Below are positions 1-12,295 of a stretch of 64,000 nt of DNA, piece after piece. The translations under genes and the position numbers were made by a program. Source of the DNA: Rhina ancylostomus (Eukaryota); the NCBI GenBank assembly GCA_030265395.1, contig JARFYF010000036.1, forward strand, positions 27,120,397 through 27,184,396, in the 5' to 3' direction. The notes below the pieces were generated by a model. The model saw only the letters and a list, made by a program, of their open reading frames with translations. It was not told where the DNA came from and did not search any database. Each line of letters begins with the position of its first letter. Position 1 is the first letter of the stretch.

Positions 1-1114
1 TTGCATTATCATATGCAATTTTCAAATAGTATTTAAAATATATGTGGCTGTGTCTTGAGGACACTTGCAATAAGTTGGGCACAATTCATCACCACTGCTG
101 AATTTTGTATGGATTTTGTAATTGGCTGGATTGTGTAGAATTATATGTAAAGTTTAATTATAAGCTGCCATAGGACGGTTGACCAGCACAAGATACACTT
201 CAAGGTTCATATCATATTGTGTGAAAGACACGGATGAATCCGACCATCATCAAATAGTGTAAATATCTTGAGTAGAGATGACTCTCAAAATAAAAGGAAA
301 TCATGCAATCCTTTTTGCAGTTAGAAGAAGTATAACCAAACAGTCCTAAAGGTGCAAAGAGTAGTATCTTTTTGTAGTGACACAGGATCAGTACAGGGAC
401 TTTGTAGTCTGATCCTGTATTAAGCTTTTGTTGTTCACTGGCCAAAACAGGAGCAGCTGGCTTGAGTACCATGTTGTTGCTTGATCTGGATTACCACACA
501 ATGAGTTGTTCCACACTGGATTTCATTTGACCTTTGAGCAATGAAAAGGAGATTGATAACAGCATGGTACATATACGTTATTACTCTGCTAAGGCAAAAA
601 AATCTTTTATTTTAACTATAAATTCTATTATGTCATAGCAGCAGTTAAACTTGATTCATGATTCAGATGGATTTAAAAACGTTAGTAGTGCTATTTAGGA
701 AGGTTTGGGGAGATTTCTGGTGCACTGGACAAAATTTAACTGTAGCCACTAAAAACGTTAAGTTTCTTTCCTCTATCAGTGGACTACAGAGTATTCCTAC
801 TGCAGAATGGCTGCCACTTTTTCTAATGCGATAACAGTTGCTGCATTTAGAGTGAATTAATTTTGCGAGGCATTGAGATAGTTTTATCAGAAAAGGTGAT
901 ATTTTCAGAATAAAGAATAGGATGAAGGAATTTTGCTTTGTTTTGCATTATTAGCTATATTAATTTTTGACTGGAATCAAAAGCATTACAGCTGGAGAAT
1001 TAGTGATTCAGAATGACTCATGCTCAGAAAAATATGTTTCTGTAAGGTAACTTAATGTCAGGATTATCTCAAATTTAGAATATTTGGATTGAAGTAGGCT
1101 GGAAATGTAAGTCA

Positions 1115-2040
1115 TACATCATACAGCACAGAAAGAGGCCATTTGGCCCAACTAGTCCAGGTCTGGCTTTCTGTAGACCAATCCAGTCCATCTCATTTGT
1201 CAGCTCTATATCTGCTTATTTCCTTTTGAAAACCTTGATCATATTTGCCTCTGCCATCCTCATTGGCACTGAGTTCAAGGTCATAGCCACATGTTGTGTT
1301 TAACAGTTCTTTCTTATATTCCCCTGTATTTTTCCCCAAATCTTTGTACTGTCAGCTAATGATTACAGTTTCCTCTGTCTACTTTATATAAACCTGCCAT
1401 GAGCTTGTACACCCCTATCAAATCTCCCTTCAGCCTCCTTTGGTCCAACTTCTCCAACCTACTTGTAGCTAAAATCCCTCATTTCTGGAATAATTATGGT
1501 AAAGCTCCTCTGCGGCCTTTTTCAGATCTTTGTATCCTTCCTAAAACACAGTGACAAGAACTGGATATAGTGCTTAGGTTGTACCAGAACCAGATCTTTA
1601 TAAAGGATCATCATAAATTCCCTATTTTTGTACTTAGTACCTCTACTCAGGAAGCTCAAGATCCCATATGCTTTGCCAACTACTCTCTCAATATGTCCTG
1701 GCAGCTTTAAAGATCTATGCACATGAAACCCCAGGCCTACCTGTTCTTGCACACTCTGTACAATAGCATCATTAAGTCCATATTTCCTCTCCCCATACCT
1801 TCACAACTCTCTGCATTAATTGCATCTGCCACTAGTCTGCCCATTCTGCAGGCCCATCCTATTGCAGTTGTTTGACACACTCATAGTTTAACAAGTTTGG
1901 TGTCATCAGCAAATTGTGAATTTTTTCTCTGTATTCCAGTATCATATGTATATTAATAAAACGCTGTCCAGGCACTGATTTCAGGAGAGAACCAATGACT
2001 ACCATTATCTAGTCTGTAAAGCAACTATTTATCATGGTAT
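1115..2040 (-). mobile_element. CR1/HER1-type LINE 3' fragment
   Basis: RT C-terminal remnant (ORF 1522..1752: HIERVVGKAYGILSFLSRG..YKNRE..LYK.LV) plus the typical elasmobranch 3' tail. Confidence 0.8.
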
Positions 2041-2049
2041 CATCATAAA

Positions 2050-2350
2050 GGTCAGTATTTATTGTCCTCTTCTAATTACCCTTGAAATGTGCAGCAAGGC
2101 CATTGCAGAGGACAGCCAAGAATCAACCACAATGCTGTGGGTCTGGAATTTCGTAAATGCTAATCTGGGCAGGGATGGCAGATTTTCTGCCTTAAACCAG
2201 CCGAGTTTTTACAACAATCTGGTCATTATTACTGTTACTGGTTTTCTTAATTCTAAATAATTAACTAATTTAATTTAACTTCCCTAGCTGCTGTGGTGGG
2301 ATTTGAACTCGTATCTCTGGATCATTCAACCAGCTTCTGCATTGCTAGTC
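2050..2350 (-). mobile_element. tRNA-headed SINE (family shared with 40225-40530)
   Basis: B-box-like GAGTTCAAATCCCACC on the minus strand; body similar to 40225-40530. Confidence 0.55.
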
Positions 2351-2589
2351 TTTATTCTGTCTTACCTCACAGCACATACTGCTTTTAGTCATTAAGAATA
2401 GGAAATTAGAAAAGTAGGCTTGATTTTAATGAGAGTGGTAGAAGCAAAGTATTAATTACATTCTTCACCACCTCAGGAATTAAAATGTATGTGTTTTAGA
2501 ACTGTTTGCACTCTGCAGTTTGTAGGTAGGATACTAATGTAGGTAGGTTATAAATGCCAGTGGGGGAAACTGGGGTTTAAGTAGCATCA

Positions 2590-2730
2590 TGGAGTCATAA
2601 AGCACAGATACAGGCCCTTTAGCCCACCACATCCACACCAACTATAGAACACATCTGTACCAATCCCACTTACCTGCATTAGGTCCAGAGCCTTCTATGC
2701 CCCAACAGTTCAAGTGCTTGTCCAGATGTT
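2590..2730 (-). mobile_element. CR1/HER1 3' tail fragment
   Basis: gagtcataaagcacagatacaggccctttagccca tail motif shared with other copies in the window. Confidence 0.6.
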
Positions 2731-3059
2731 TGCCGATACACATATAAAAACATTTTCCACTTTAGAACTGGAAAGATAACATGGAAATGATTGCCAGTCG
2801 AATCACTTTTCAAACAATCCTCTTTATTCTTGTGCTCTTAACTCATCTACCTTAAACAGGTTAATTTCTCCATTGGACTAATTGAAACAAACCTGTTAAT
2901 TGGTAATCTTTATTATTATTGCTATTCAAGGATATGTTTAAAGCCTCCTTGAACAATGCAATGTCCGCACTCACTTTCAGGGGCCCCTGCTCCGTGACTG
3001 GGCAAAGTGGAGCAGTAGCATTTGCGATGGGATGGTGAACCTTGACTGTATGCAGTAGC

Positions 3060-3250
3060 CCAGTTTAAATAGATGGAAAATCACACCACCTCACAAATTA
3101 GCCAGCCACCTGCCCTGTGAGGCATCTCTTGCCTGATGGGGAACAGTCCACAATGCCCACATTGTCCTCATCAGTCACCTCGGAAACTACAAAACTGAAG
3201 TGGAAGCCAGTTATCCTCGATCCTGAGGGACTGCTGACGAAGATAATTAT
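3060..3250 (+). mobile_element. RTE-clade LINE 3' end
   Basis: gtggaagccagttatcctcgatcctgagggactgctgacgaag is the reverse-complement counterpart of the ends at 25978-26015 and 30141. Confidence 0.6.
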
Positions 3251-4454
3251 CATTAAGGGTAATTTCCAGCCCATTTGTGAAGATGATTTCTCAGCTTGTT
3301 TTTGGTCATACTCTTCTATTGACAGATGCTCCTCAGTTTTTAAAACAGAAGTGATCAGTTAAAATTTTAAAAGCTATTAATCACACTTGACAACTCAGTT
3401 CAACTGACTACTGCAGCCTCTGGCCCACGGGGATTGAAAAGGTGTTGCTTTATAAAGAATAAACCATTTATTTGTTGTGCTGCTGTAGAAACCAGTTAGT
3501 TACACTGGTTGTATCACAAATTAGATTCTTACTCATCTGCTACTTTTATTCACATATTCTTATCTTCGCTTTGAATAATAGATTTACTAATACAATTCTG
3601 TGTTTCAATTTTTTAAAGCCTAATGTTTTCATTTGGCAATATTAACAGATGAATTCTTAGCAAAAAAATCAAAAAAAGCTACAGATGCTAGAAATCAGAA
3701 ATAAAACATCAAATGCCCGAAACACTCAGCAGGTTGGGCAGCATCTGTGGAAAGAGAAACAATTAACATTTCAGGTCCGGGTCCCCTTGTCAGAATTCCT
3801 GATGCACTGATAAGGAGTAGTAATTAATGTGTTAATTTGGTAGTAATGTGGCGACTTTGAGGGTTATTCTTGTCAAAGTGACCACTATTTAAAAGGTAGT
3901 GAACATTACTCTACTGGTTCATCTAGCTGGTCGCACAGAGTGATATCCTCAATGATTCCCCTTCTCAAATATCCATCCAATTTTCCCAGAACTTTTCCAC
4001 CTTGTAGGTCTCATCTGCCTCTTGAGTAACCTGTTCTGCTGATTTATCATCTCCTGCAAAGTCATGAAACTAATACGGGTCCTCCCCAGGTTGCTACAGG
4101 GTTCTGTTCCTGAGAACTGTTCATAACTCATGTTGGAAATGCAGTGGCCTGGCAATTTATTAAATAAAAACAAAGGACAACCAAGGGTAGTTAAACCAGG
4201 GCATTCAACTCAACCATTCAGATTTCTCTGGAAGATGCAATGATATTGCTGCTGAGTTCCCACATAGCAGAAGATGCCTGCAGCTCTGCAGCAGACAACA
4301 AATCCATTCCACCAGTCTCCCGAACGCTTGTTCGTATGTACGGACTGTCCATAAGTCGGGCGTGCTTAACCTGGTGAAGACCTATACTGCTAAGACACCT
4401 GCCTCCTTATAGACTCCCGGACCTCCGAGTCCAACACTTGCAGGAATCTCCCAC

Positions 4455-4775
4455 GCTGGCAGCACAATGTTGCAGTGAGTAGAGTTGCTGTTCACCGCTC
4501 CCGCCACCCAAGGGGAATTGTGACCCCCCAGTATTTTACATGTGGTGTTTGTACCTTCTCCCTGCGACCTCCAGCTTTCCCACATTCCAAAGAAGTGTGG
4601 GTTGGTAGATTAAATCACCCTTGTAAAATGCTCCGAGTGTGTGGGTCAGTGGTAGAGTTGGGGGCATTGATATGAATGTGGGGAGAATAAAATGAGATTA
4701 ATGCAGGGTTCATGTAAATGGGTATTTGATAGTCGGTAGATGTGGTGGGCACAGGGCCTGTTTCTATGACACTGT
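4455..4775 (+). mobile_element. V-SINE / HE1-type SINE
   Basis: tRNA-like head, central ttcccacattccaaaga...ggtagattaa domain, and the gggcctgtttct tail shared with the CR1/HER1 3' end. Confidence 0.7.
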
Positions 4776-6019
4776 GTATTCTGGGTTTACTGTACATATC
4801 CTCATGAACCATTGCTTACAAACTGCATGGTTGGAAATACTGTTTATTATTTCCTTTTAACAATTCACTTTTTTTTACTGATAATGGAAGTTCTAAGAAA
4901 CAAATCGGGATTTCAAATGAAAACTGCTGCATACATTTAAATGCAAAAACGTGATTCATGAACTGATCACCTATAAAACACAGCCCAGGATGACAACTAT
5001 GTTTTTCTTGCTTGCGATCATTCTACTAATGTTAACTTTGCAAATAATGTTGACTTTTTTTAATGTCCACAGAATACAAACTGTTTCCGCAATTGTTAAG
5101 AAAAATGAACCTTATATCTTTAGAGTTTTAGCACCAGTGCTCCTTGATTAAAGGCAACAGATAACAGAATTCTAATTCATAAAACCAGATTTTTTATAAA
5201 GATAGGCGTAAGACTATAGATAACCAACAGTAATTCACGGTCACAGGATTGAAGACGTTTTCTACATCTGTGCACTTTGCATGTATTGCATGCTGAATCT
5301 TTTATTCCCTCGGTCACCAATAACCATCTATCGCTGTTGCACCAGAGCGCTGAGGCTCATTAATGGGAGCCAATGACATGGAGATGGAAACCTCTCCAGG
5401 GAAGTCGTGCGTGACCAGGAGATAAGTAAGCTTTGCTGGTTCCTTTCGCAGTTTGCTGAATGTTGTGAATTTAATTTTGTCCAAAAAAAGCAAATGAATT
5501 CTGTTCTCGTTTTCCTTTCGCCTGAAGCAGTTTTCTTGCTAGTGGAGAAATTTGCATCAGCAAAATTTCGATATGGAACTTTCAATGTCCCAGTACTACA
5601 TCTCTGAGTGTGCTGTTATTCACAGGGATGATGGACGAGCACATTGGTCGCAAACAACAGCTGCATTGTAACCAGTATAGGTTGTTTCGGATGTAGATTT
5701 GCATCCAGTTTAGTGACTGAAGGACTCGAGGTCTGTATGTTTGAAGCATTGGCTGGAGTCAGCCACCATATTGGGAAGGGCACTGGTGCACGTGATCCTA
5801 ACCCCCAACCAACATATGCAGGATAAACATTATGACATGCAATGTTGCGTTTATAACAGCAGTATTAGAATGGAGCTGGTAACAGTTGAGGATTCATGTA
5901 TTGTGTGCGGGGAATCAAGTGTTCATCAGAAGACACCCATGTGTTTTTTCAGGAGCTCATCGTGGTGTACTTGCTGGTTGGTTGTTAGTGGATTTTGTGC
6001 TGAGTGTTGTTTTGGGTCA

Positions 6020-6300
6020 ACATAGAACAGAGCACTACAGCGCACAGTACAGGCCCTTCGGCCCACAATGTTGTGCTGACATTTTATCCTGCTCTAAGAT
6101 CTATCTAACCCTTCCCTCNNNNNNNNNNNNNNNNNNNNNNNNNNNNNNNNNNNNNNNNNNNNNNNNNNNNNNNNNNNNNNNNNNNNNNNNNNNNNNNNNN
6201 NNNNNNNNNNNNNNNNNNTCTGTGTAAAAAAACTTACCCCTGACATCCCCCTTATACCTTCCTCCAATCACCTTAAAATTATGTCCCCTTGTGTTTGCCA
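6020..6300 (-). mobile_element. CR1/HER1 LINE 3' end (spans a 100-N gap)
   Basis: ANTRGHNFKVIGGRYKGDVRGKFF remnant and catagaac...caggcccttcggcccacaatg tail. Confidence 0.8.
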
Positions 6301-6489
6301 TATATGTTCAAGGAGTGAAGCATTCTAGATTTTAGAATTGTTGGAATCATTAAGGAATGGTGTGTCTGGAGCTGACAGCTTTTCTTGGCTTCAAAGTATT
6401 TGTAATAGCCATTGCTCCAAGACTTAGGTGCAAGGATAGTCATTCTGCAAAGTGAGCAGGGGGAGCACATAGCATGATAGCCTGCTAGA

Positions 6490-7120
6490 GAAGGAACAAA
6501 GAGGGCGAGCAGGCTGTCATCTCCACTAAGGGTCTTCAGGAACAATTCTTCAGTTTGACAGTGAGGATAGTATGTGGAGAGCCTGTAATTTTGTAAGGTC
6601 AGTTTTATGGAGAGACGCCACATGCTTGAGCCACAACTCCAGCTGGAGTACCTCTTTCCAAGTGCCACAATGCCAATCAAATGCATTGATCTTGTTCTAG
6701 ACTGGAAGTGGACATGCTTTCAAATTGTTTCTGCAACAGATAGAAAAGGAAACTTCGAATCTTGTGGACTTTGAGTGATTCAGACACTGTTGATTCTATG
6801 TGCTGTAATTCAGGTATAACGTGAATTTGTAGATGTGCAGCTAGTGTATGCAGTGTGGCATGCAGTTCATTGTTACGATGTCTTCATTATTACTATGGTT
6901 TGTTCTTCTATCTATATTTGATCCTTCACAGAAGTGTGGCTGCTGGGTGACAATGAGTATCTGTTGACAACGTGGTTCTTGACTCCAGTCTGTAACCCAT
7001 GCACACAGAGGTAATGGGTATACATGCCATGAAGTCTGAAAGAACAGTCCTTTGGCATACGGAAACAATGATTCCACTGCCAGGATTATTCTGGCGTAAC
7101 CCTCCAGTGCTCAGCAGAGA
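6490..7120 (+). mobile_element. Decayed PIF/Harbinger (HARBI1-like) transposase fragments
   Basis: 6937-7118 translates, with stops and an indel, as WLLGDNEYLLTTWFLTPVCNPCT...EQSFGIRKQ*FHCQDYSGVTLQCSAE, matching the Harbinger WLLGD.GY....WL.TP and E..FG.LK.RFRCLD.SGG.LQY motifs. 6520-6650 gives an N-terminal-like RVFR...F.K....HMLEPQLQ. Confidence 0.7.
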
Positions 7121-9316
7121 TGAGGCTTAAGGCTGATGTTCTGCTTAATGTTCTGCCCAGTCTGATTCAGCTGTGAAGTAGTGGAGGAAGGTATACAATA
7201 CTCAGCCCCTTTCTGGTTAGGCTGTCCACTGATTACTCATCAGTTTCACTATTAATAAATAATTCCAATTCCTAATTCATTAACTCTTCTATTGTGTGTG
7301 CTGTCTACTGCTAACCTCACAGTGACTGCTTCCCTACAACCTCAAAAGAAATGCCAATAGGTGAAAATTTCAGATCAAGTTTGTAGATTGTACCATGCTA
7401 AATATTATAATTGTGTTATAATATTTAGTGCAGTGCTAAATAACTCTCATGCAGTGCTTTTAGCGGTTTGCCTTTCATATCAAATTCCTGGAAGTGTGAG
7501 AAGAGGATGTGAGGTCTGGAATGTTGGGTACAGTACAGCATGAATTGGATCTGAGTCTTCCTTGACGAGAGTTGTTTGCATGTTAGTGATAAGGATTTGG
7601 TGCATTCAGTGGGGTCTATAGTAAGTTGGATGCATTTACTGATCTTGAGCACTTCTGTGAGGTCATTACACTTGCAGTACTGCAGCCAAGTTCTTGAGAC
7701 TTGAACCAAACTCCTCAGCTTCTCTTCCTCCTGCGTATTCAGCCTGTTTCAGAAGGACCTCCTGGCCCTCATTCTTTCCACATGCCCACTGTGCCTCTGG
7801 CGCAGTGGACAACAACGGCAGCACTTGCTCTCACCTACGTTCTGCCACATCTTCTACCCAATTGCCATCAGATTCACACACTTTTATGAGCTGTTGCAGT
7901 CAATGCAACTTTTAGAAGTCCAGAGTAGCTTTAAACTGTGTAAGCTAATATGCACAGGTCTCTTGCTAAATTTGGGTTCCTTGTTAAGTGGTGAGGCAAA
8001 TAACATTACAATTAATAGTAAGTAGATGCTGAAATCATCATGATTGATGGGATGAATTTGCATTGCATGCAAGTGGATGGGGGTTAATCATGCATAGCAA
8101 TCCCTTAGTCCATTTACTGGCACAACCCAGATTTAACCCAATAAACGGTCATGCATAAAATTTGTCAATTGTAATTTCTACTTGGATATCAATAATGATG
8201 CATCAACATAATCTATAGTTAAATTGAATTGCAGTATGTTGAATAATAATAGTTATAGTAAAATGTAAAACATATTTTGCTTTTAAGTGGAAGCATACGT
8301 AAGTAATGGAATTTGCACTTGTAGAGCTTGGCAACTGGGAACTTGTCTGCANNNNNNNNNNNNNNNNNNNNNNNNNNNNNNNNNNNNNNNNNNNNNNNNN
8401 NNNNNNNNNNNNNNNNNNNNNNNNNNNNNNNNNNNNNNNNNNNNNNNNNNNNNNNNNNNNNNNNNNNNNNNNNNNNNNNNNNNNNNNNNNNNNNNNNNNN
8501 NNNNNNNNNNNNNNNNNNNNNNNNNNNNNNNNNNNNNNNNNNNNNNNNNNNNNNNNNNNNNNNNNNNNNNNNNNNNNNNNNNNNNNNNNNNNNNNNNNNN
8601 NNNNNNNNNNNNNNNNNNNNNNNNNNNNNNNNNNNNNNNNNNNNNNNNNNNNNNNNNNNNNNNNNNNNNNNNNNNNNNNNNNNNNNNNNNNNNNNNNNNN
8701 NNNNNNNNNNNNNNNNNNNNNNNNNNNNNNNNNNNNNNNNNNNNNNNNNNNNNNNNNNNNNNNNNNNNNNNNNNNNNNNNNNNNNNNNNNNNNNNNNNNN
8801 NNNNNNNNNNNNNNNNNNNNNNNNNNNNNNNNNNNNNNNNNNNNNNNNNNNNNNNNNNNNNNNNNNNNNNNNNNNNNNNNNNNNNNNNNNNNNNNNNNNN
8901 NNNNNNNNNNNNNNNNNNNNNNNNNNNNNNNNNNNNNNNNNNNNNNNNNNNNNNNNNNNNNNNNNNNNNNNNNNNNNNNNNNNNNNNNNNNNNNNNNNNN
9001 NNNNNNNNNNNNNNNNNNNNNNNNNNNNNNNNNNNNNNNNNNNNNNNNNNNNNNNNNNNNNNNNNNNNNNNNNNNNNNNNNNNNNNNNNNNNNNNNNNNN
9101 NNNNNNNNNNNNNNNNNNNNNNNNNNNNNNNNNNNNNNNNNNNNNNNNNNNNNNNNNNNNNNNNNNNNNNNNNNNNNNNNNNNNNNNNNNNNNNNNNNNN
9201 NNNNNNNNNNNNNNNNNNNNNNNNNNNNNNNNNNNNNNNNNNNNNNNNNNNNNNNNNNNNNNNNNNNNNNNNNNNNNNNNNNNNNNNNNNNNNNNNNNNN
9301 NNNNNNNNNNNNNNNN

Positions 9317-9575
9317 CTATCCCACAGTTAAAAAACTTGAATGGTTCCCTAGTATGATAAAATGGACTCTTGACCTCACAATCTACCTCATTAGGACCTT
9401 GCACCTTTGTCTACCTGCACTGCACCTTCTCTGTAACACTTTATTCTGTGTTCCATTTTTGTTATACCTTGTACTACCTCAGTGCACTGTGGTAATGATC
9501 TGTATGGACAGAATGCAAGACAAGTTTTTCACTGTACTTCGGAACGTGTGACAGTAATGAACAATTTACCAATTT
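9317..9575 (+). mobile_element. LINE 3' end, probably Rex1/Babar-like (copies also at 52753-52900 and 61425-61650)
   Basis: Three similar copies share gacctcacaatc.acct / tactacctc..tgcact.tg / caagtttttcactg and end in short aataa/accaat repeats. The clade assignment is tentative. Confidence 0.55.
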
Positions 9576-10619
9576 GCAGCAGAAACCTGATCCAGTTCTC
9601 ACTCTGCATCCCCGGAGTTTTTCAAGTAGTCAGGGACAGAAAGTGCTGCGTCCAGTTTCCCTTCTGAAGACTAGGGTCACTAAGCCCAATTTTACATTCC
9701 CCAGATTATGTGCAGTATCTCAAAAGGCAACAAAGACCATCCACTGAATTTAGCTAAATTGATTAACTTTCAAATTTTATCAGTGTTTCTGTGGCATGTC
9801 CAATTATTGTATTCTAACTGATAAAGTTTTGTGAGAAGTTGATCCCACAGATTGGGAGGTACAGTTAGCTAACACTTAAGGTTTTCATTTTTGGGACCAA
9901 TTTGGATCAGCCTAGATTGAGTTGACGGGAGTTATTTTGGCTTGAATTAAATGACTAGCATGCCCAATTATAATGTCTCAAAGAACCTACAGGGATGTCT
10001 GGTAAACAGGGACCACTTTAAATCTCAGAGATGTCTTCAATTAAAACATATTGGAGTAAATTATAGAACTTTATTTCCCATTCAACCTCTATGTGTGATT
10101 CTGACATGAGTTCCTTCAAATGGTGATTGGGGTGGTGGCATTCCATTAACCAATTGTGGAGTTTTACATAAAATTGATGGAGAGCACACTCTCTTCCTGA
10201 AATGGGTGCTGAGCCTGTGGTTTTCACTGCGTAGACTAGAAACTTAGTACCTCCTGAGGCTCTCTTTCAAAGAATACTCTGAGAAATGCAGCCCAGTGAG
10301 TCCAAGCAACATCCTCTTTCGTCCTCTCCAATTTCACATTTAGAACCATTCACCACAGCTCCCAGCTCAAACCCTTGAAAGCCACTCACTCCAACTCATG
10401 ATCCCCAATGGTCCTTGGAATCGTGATCCCATTACTTCAAGGCTACTGTGGAAAGCATCATCCCCTCCTCTTGCACCCTTCAATCATGCACTCCACCAGC
10501 TCCCTTTATGGTGTAGTCCAAGCCCCAGAAGCTGAGGGTCTGCAGCTTTCAATTGAATTGTGAATTAAGATACCGATGTTTTTTTGATGTAGAACAGTAA
10601 CTGCAATTACCCGCCCTCA

Positions 10620-10900
10620 ACGTTAATCTCAGTAGTAATGACACGACACCTGGTGGCAGTGTGGATTGTGAGAAGGGTGTGGAGAGGCTTTGGGGGATAT
10701 TGACAGAAGTGAATGGGCAAAGACGGGGCAGATGGAATATCATGTGGAAAAATGTGAAACTATCCACTTCTGTGGATGAAAGGTATTGGTGTTCACAGGT
10801 ACCTTGGTGTCTTTTTATACATAGCTTTTGCAGGCTCGGCAAGCAATTCGGAAGGCAAATGGTATATTGGCCTTTATCACATGAGGATGTGAACACAGGA
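10620..10900 (+). mobile_element. CR1 LINE ORF2 fragment
   Basis: Degenerate DDT.LGG.V..E.G...L...L.EWA..WQME.NV.KC segment. Confidence 0.65.
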
Positions 10901-11260
10901 GTAGGAGGAACTCGGCAGGTTAGGCAGCATTTGTGGAGGGAAATGGGACAGTTGACATTTCGGGTCGAGACTCTTCATCTGGTCTGTCCGTCTCCCTACA
11001 CAGATGCTGCCTGACTCGCTAAGATGTGTGGGCTGGTAGGTTAACTGACCACTGTATATTGCCTGTAAAATGCTAATGTATCAGTGGTAGAATCTTGCAT
11101 TGGGGTGGGTGAGGGGGAGGTGATCGTAGAAATGAGGGGGGGCTCCGATGGGAATGTGGGGAGAATACACTGGGTTAGGGTATGATTAGTGTAAACAAGT
11201 TGTCAATGGATAGCCCAGACTCAGTGGGGCGAAGGGCCTGTTTTCGTGCTGTATGACTCT
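10900..11260 (+). mobile_element. Fold-back repeat followed by the 3' half of a V-SINE
   Basis: ggcagcatttgtggaggg ... cctacacagatgctgcc inverted arms, then V-SINE body and gggcctgtttt tail. Confidence 0.55.
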
Positions 11261-11779
11261 TTAATCAATAATATCAGCACATGCTCCACCAGACCCACAT
11301 GCATTCCAGTTATCTGCCGATCAGTGCTTCTGTCTGTATCATATGTGGTGTATCTCCATTGTGAAATAANNNNNNNNNNNNNNNNNNNNNNNNNNNNNNN
11401 NNNNNNNNNNNNNNNNNNNNNNNNNNNNNNNNNNNNNNNNNNNNNNNNNNNNNNNNNNNNNNNNNNNNNCCCTCCCCCATCTGCCTATCAGCCCTCCTCA
11501 CCTGGATCCACCTATCACTTGCCAGCTCTTGCTCCACCCCTTCCCCTCACCTCTTTATACTATCTCCCCTCTACTCTTTCAGTCCGGATGAAGGGTCTTG
11601 ACTCTAATAGTTGTCCATCCATTTCCCTCCACAGATGCTGCCTGACCCTCTGAGTTACTCCAGCTTTCTGTTTGTTGTTCCAGATTCCAGCTGCAGTCCC
11701 TTGTGTCTACAGCAGAGAGATTGTGCTCCAATTATAAATGGCCCTGCTGGCTCTCAATCCGGAATTATTGGGAACAGGT

Positions 11780-12295
11780 CTGGTTTCCCTACCTAAGAAA
11801 CAATCTATTTGCAAAAAAGGAAGTGCAATAAAGGGTCACCAGTTTGATTCCCTGGATGATGGATTTGTTATATGGAAGATTAATCACACTAGGTTTGTAC
11901 TCAAGAAGAATGAGTGGTGATCTTGTCAAAACATATGAAGTTCTTAAGGGGCTTGCCACTGTAGATGTGGAGTTGTTGCCCCTGGCTGGGATACCTAATC
12001 CAAAATGATTAAGGATTAGTCACAGAATGAGAGGTCAGTCATTCAGAACAGATGAGAATAAACTTCTCCAGCCAGAGGAGTGAAGCTTTGGAATTCCCTA
12101 GGCAGAAAGACTATGAAGGCTCGGTTGCTGAACTTATTCAAGATGGAGTTTGATAGATTTTTAGCCATCGAAGAAATCGAGGGATTCAGAGCAAGTCCAG
12201 GAAAATGGCACTGAGGTAAAAGATCAGCAATGATCTTATTGAACAGTGGGGGCAGGTGTGAGGGGATGAATGTCCTCGTCCTGCTTCTATTGCTT
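11780..12295 (+). mobile_element. CR1 LINE 3' fragment
   Basis: Degenerate RT C-terminus and 3' UTR ending cctgcttctattgcttat; same family as 47850-49130. Confidence 0.7.

Noticed and set aside
4320-4390. Short Tigger-like terminal sequence (also 22985-23060, and a hAT-like end near 61152)
   Set aside because: Only single short ends with no matching opposite terminus; too weak to call elements.
5330-5680. Possible + strand exon pair (donor-like gtaagc near 5446, acceptor-like cacag near 5625)
   Set aside because: No sustained reading frame or recognisable protein; a neighbouring gene cannot be supported.
7694-7915. 73-aa ORF containing LPPAYS (PPxY-like motif)
   Set aside because: Short, non-ATG start, no upstream exons or homology recognised.
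8283-9551. Long ORFs of 340-407 aa (and similar ones at 17673-18053, 19694-20429 and 44421-45104)
   Set aside because: They are open only because they run through N gaps or low-complexity G/C tracts.
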